A stretch of DNA of 24,660 nt, from the IMG/VR virus record IMGVR_UViG_3300005805_000466, positions 1-24,660 of that record; one strand, written 5' to 3'. The position numbers were made by a program, and so were the translations under genes. A model generated the notes under the pieces. The model did no database searches. It was not told where the DNA came from and worked only from the letters and a program-made list of their open reading frames with translations. This DNA comes from a virus (lineage: Duplodnaviria > Caudoviricetes). Shown in pieces: positions 23,101-24,660 of the stretch; the stretch's first letter is position 1, and every line of letters starts with the position of its first letter.

Positions 23101-24660
23101 TGCTGAAGCATTTAGAACTTGGCAAAATAGTGGAGTTATTCCTCCCACAGACGATACTGGAACAAAAGAAAGAGATACACACCTTGATGAATTATTAAAG
23201 AGGCTTAAGTTTATTCGTGATGCATCTATCAATGCTGAACGTGGTGTTAAAGAACTTATGAGGATTACTGCTGGAAAAGGTTTAAATAAATTTGGTGGTG
23301 TTCTGCAACAGTTAATGGCTGGACCAAAAGGTGGATTTAATAGAGAATTTTTATCGTTTATTGAAAACCTAGATAAAAAACAACGTGATATTTATATGAC
23401 CGAAAAGAAAGGCAAGGTCATATTAACAGAAAAAGGCAAGGCACTCAAAGAAGCATTTAATGAAAAAGCAATAGGTGAATTCCAAATAGCACAGGTACAG
23501 GCTATACAAGATACTAAGGCTCAGAATGCTGCGTTATTAAGACTTGCTGCTACTGGTATTGATTCTGCTACCGCTTTAGAAATGGTTGCTGATGCTAATC
23601 TAGCAGTTGCTTTAAATTCTAAAAATATTACTTCAACTGAAATTAAACAGATGGCAAAAGATGCTCAAGAGGCAAAAGACAGAGTAAGAGCACTTAACCT
23701 AGAATTAAGCAATACTGTTAAAACTATGACCGATAGAAGTCAGGAACTAAAAGAAACTACTGCAGTTATTGATAGAATTAAAGAGATTAATCCTAATGTT
23801 TCATCAGAATTTTTGCAAGCACTATCTTCTGATAAAACTGCAATACAAGGATTTTATGATGCGCTTTTTAAAGGTTCACAAAACAAGATACCAGATCTTA
23901 AAAAATACATAGATCAATATTTTGCAAATAATGCAGCAGAAATAACATTAAAAGCAAAGATAGATCCAAGAGTTGCTGTAGAGCAAGCACAAGAAGCATT
24001 TGATAAAGTGGCATCAAATATTGATAAATATTTAAGTGCACAAAGAGCATCTATAACTGCATCAATTGCTCCACCATCAGTTATTAGGGCTTTAGATAAA
24101 GACATTGAAGAAGCACAAGATGCTGTCAATACCGCACAAAATAAACTTGAAGGTATTAAGGATGAGACTGGAAAAACAATTGATAATTATCAAACTGAAA
24201 TAGATAATTTAAGACTTGCTCTTGATGCTGGATTAGAAATTGAAATAAGAAAACTAAGTAATCAAATAAAAGCAGAACAAGATAAGATTGCTGCAGAGTT
24301 TGATAAACCACTAGAGGGTCTAAAACGTAATATTGAAGATATTCAGCGTGGTATTGAAATAAACTTTACAAGACCAATAGAGGAACTAAATAAACAAATA
24401 GAGTTAATTCAAAGAGATGTAGAGTTAAACTTTGAAAGACCTATAGCAATTCTTAATGAGGAATCATCAGATCTTGCTAACGAACTTACTCTTATGGACA
24501 AAGTTGCTGAGTCCATTAATAAAAAATATGATGAGCAGGCTGCAGCGCTACAAAAAGTTTCTGACATTAACCAAGATATTGCTGATCAACAGAAGAGTCA
24601 ACTTGATGTTGCCAGCGCATTAAGCCGAGGAGATGTTGCTGCTGCTGCTCGTTCTGTACA
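17156..24660 (+). CDS. Tape measure protein (>2500 aa, 3'-truncated) with embedded enzyme domains
   Basis: RBS AGAGGTG 17143-17149, GTG 17156 (MADVNANIGVNIDTS...). No in-frame stop in the segments I translated, including the last line; absence from the ORF track is consistent with no stop before the edge. TP901-type TMP core near 17800-18500 (FLNAVENQTVLSIEDL...GGSVEDLAFLLTAMREGGINASEGANALKSGL), hydrophobic segments and long coiled coils. Confidence 0.93.
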   Translation, partial: MADVNANIGVNIDTSKTVAQLKALRAEISRFHQSVSKSSAAAAMAQRNLQTNLVNSINATGKFHAKMGLVRTSTEAFTHALETNKLSMREYFRYGMGATRTFGRFFKKEFDTISQVAQDRVKRMQTQYIKMGRDASGAMKAISVTPTTLNMKDYGTQLAIAAQRQAVLNQLLKQGSTNLLNFGKNTQWAGRQLMVGFTVPLAYLGTAAANTFMKIEEQAVKFRRVYGEMFTTNQETEDALKNVRDLAEEFTKYGIAVEKTMEMAAKAAATGKMGAELTQQVVNATRLAVLGGVEQEQALDTTISLTNTFGVAADELSKKIDFLNAVENQTVLSIEDLTIAIPKAGPVVKQLGGSVEDLAFLLTAMREGGINASEGANALKSGLASLINPTDKASKMLAGFGINIKGIVEANKGDVKGTVMAFSAALDTLDPLNRARAIEQLFGKFQFARLSTLFGNITKEGSQAARVFDLMGASVEELAILSERELKKVEDAIGVNFKEAVQQLRLALEPIGKVFLETVTPIAKALGQFLSKFNNLSDGAKKFIVVFTVLVGLIGPTFLMTFGLFANALANIIKLFTLMRGGVLRLRGQSSILAEQTNYLTKEQMEAATVAASLDQAHNRLTQRFTSEAIALEQLRAAFDRATAAQTRFAAANPGMMMPGFRGIKGGGTAPRFSSGTTEVVGGQAGKDSVPALLTPGEAVVPTDIAQDERFKPLIAALVSGDIAKYQGGTTNAGQVEARTKSTMFFDFDDTLANSKKAMDSWKKKNGFSGPTTAAMYAQFNQDVIDGKVKNVPGIEENIAKLKKAQAAGLDVRILTARYDDEVSKASMKKVLSSLGINIADDKIHMRPAASSLDDAAFKRSFVEKFAAGTRGRIQLIDDQPRNLKAVEALRESPKLKGRIGVIPGPHLVKFEDQYYNAKTANSSKNVKKLLNSLKKGSDGKYVYTFPDGTETRIAPSTIAKQLQKYADRGEPIDVSRVSRNLGIGKTYSSPPWVKTLMKKAVAADSNIFAEQEALEKRLQKQGITLSPEQRKNMFGIDAAHIVKELDDEGRKIWRAANLTPEPGYINKYLNDQVEGKELLRKIQNLPDSELTKLGISRQALATLALGQHPTTEDEARTLRGIAKYQIKTDPRNPSIYQAHLVDEGIGERLKSGIYKRTLRTLAQRVDITKSKAALAAQSRYEALLTSREAVLRASGKVDTRTVPKAANERAYGPYAGVQDSRKGVVGPGDTIVPKSRLATPFGFRGAQARYLPGFQDATSVVPPGFKGGSGAGPYGVPMSSVAAGYQTTAPQGAATPPSDADKKAMARQQRAGIGMGVSMASGMVAMGAMAKGNEELAKFAMALSVAAGILPLLSAKVNMVLIPLILIAGALYSWNSAMKKAKEEGNALGKALSMTTEKLIKMSEITGKVSAAEEQNLRRKNVIGGQTEAQRKSGQTILESDYGKSLLADIEAQTKAGGTSETIGKNLGIQMSQAVFSGAISTEQARSLASALGEKLKDYRIGAVLVGEMTSIIGPNGEKIGQDPIQTAIDIDKKSFEDTQKFVTSLATKASEKSSFFGLGAKGGFTERAALPALGGMAAGAMMFGPLGALVGGGVGGAIASITDKNLSGMEKLLGVVSGGLVPAFFDIRDANANSLKISTASAQLLIQEVGNNQRMADAINKQFNEKLKIAKTEDEIKKIEDDRSKALTRLNDQNKQQLNTLVKMRDQIGEGGFGAAIKDSVTALYKEGPMKTLAETVSTQLEEITNKDYKTYLQLELASGNIDPLTMQTLINNPEMETRFNVLVKTMGSTADATMVMQLLTKGGATAEEIPVILNIIDPKGKDPKEKVEEIAAALGNVSQRYGITIETKSKAAASVKNLFDSLDKAGINFKPGKTKFLTKAQVQALADYDPTYKYVMDNWDKVAEGQGKQTISVTAVASMEAAGADQDTLDFFLAAKGSKEQKSVVDLMINPQVPEAAKQGYEAQYKKIVDDAKIYIEENAEAFRTWQNSGVIPPTDDTGTKERDTHLDELLKRLKFIRDASINAERGVKELMRITAGKGLNKFGGVLQQLMAGPKGGFNREFLSFIENLDKKQRDIYMTEKKGKVILTEKGKALKEAFNEKAIGEFQIAQVQAIQDTKAQNAALLRLAATGIDSATALEMVADANLAVALNSKNITSTEIKQMAKDAQEAKDRVRALNLELSNTVKTMTDRSQELKETTAVIDRIKEINPNVSSEFLQALSSDKTAIQGFYDALFKGSQNKIPDLKKYIDQYFANNAAEITLKAKIDPRVAVEQAQEAFDKVASNIDKYLSAQRASITASIAPPSVIRALDKDIEEAQDAVNTAQNKLEGIKDETGKTIDNYQTEIDNLRLALDAGLEIEIRKLSNQIKAEQDKIAAEFDKPLEGLKRNIEDIQRGIEINFTRPIEELNKQIELIQRDVELNFERPIAILNEESSDLANELTLMDKVAESINKKYDEQAAALQKVSDINQDIADQQKSQLDVASALSRGDVAAAARSV
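19382..19870 (+). other. HAD-superfamily phosphatase domain (PNKP 3'-phosphatase-like) inside the TMP
   Basis: Motif I FFDFDDTL (19388-19411), motif II ILTAR (19595-19609), HMRP...DDAAFK (Lys at 19730), motif IV LIDDQPRN (DD at 19787-19792). Confidence 0.85.
20264..20368 (+). other. His-Me finger (HNH-like) nuclease motif inside the TMP
   Basis: IDAAHIVKELDDEGRKIWRAANLTPEPGYINKYLN: DxxH ... NLxP ... N spacing of beta-beta-alpha-metal nucleases. Confidence 0.55.
24299..24480 (+). repeat. 22-residue (66-nt) Pro-punctuated amphipathic repeats in the TMP
   Basis: FDKPLEGLKRNIEDIQRGIEIN / FTRPIEELNKQIELIQRDVELN / FERPIAILNEESSDLAN; Phe codons at 24299, 24365 and 24431. Confidence 0.8.

Larger units (their letters stand above)
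1..24660 (+). mobile_element. Tailed dsDNA phage (siphovirus-type) morphogenesis region
   Basis: Co-oriented portal, protease, capsid, head-tail, tail tube, chaperone and tape measure genes in canonical order. No cellular housekeeping genes, integrase or att site seen. No sheath gene between tail terminator and TMP. Confidence 0.96.

Noticed and set aside
1463-24129. All minus-strand ORFs in the track (e.g. 1463-1861, 10271-10699, 17830-18363, 19498-19764, 22405-22782)
   Set aside because: They lie antisense to well-supported + strand genes, lack recognisable motifs, and read as codon shadows of the sense proteins.
1-24660. tRNA/rRNA genes or alternative genetic code
   Set aside because: Intergenic gaps are too short or lack cloverleaf motifs; genes are full length in the standard code and TAA, TAG and TGA are all used as stops.

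Overview
The whole 24.7-kb window is the structural region of an AT-rich, long-tailed dsDNA bacteriophage, with every real gene on the + strand. An actinobacterial host is inferred from the promoter style and apparent leaderless genes. Gene order: three fibre-like virion genes, a monomeric class II (B12-dependent) ribonucleotide reductase, a 1192-aa beta-rich virion protein, a small protein, portal, prohead protease fused to a scaffold, HK97-fold major capsid, four head-tail joining genes, tail tube, two paralogous tail assembly chaperones, and a >2500-aa tape measure protein (TMP). The TMP starts at GTG 17156, runs off the right edge and is missing from the ORF track. Main discovery: between two hydrophobic segments the TMP carries an in-frame cargo cassette. 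It contains an apparently intact HAD/PNKP-type phosphatase and a His-Me-finger (HNH-like) nuclease motif, bracketed by repeated peptide motifs, and is a candidate system for delivering enzymes into the host via the TMP. Also notable: the usual G/GT chaperone frameshift appears replaced by a gene duplication; most genes have their own extended -10 promoter, several leaderless; a scaffold gene is nested in the protease gene; a phased DnaA-box-like array sits at the portal end; and a hairpin buries a GTG start codon. All functional calls come from motif recognition and synteny, not database searches.
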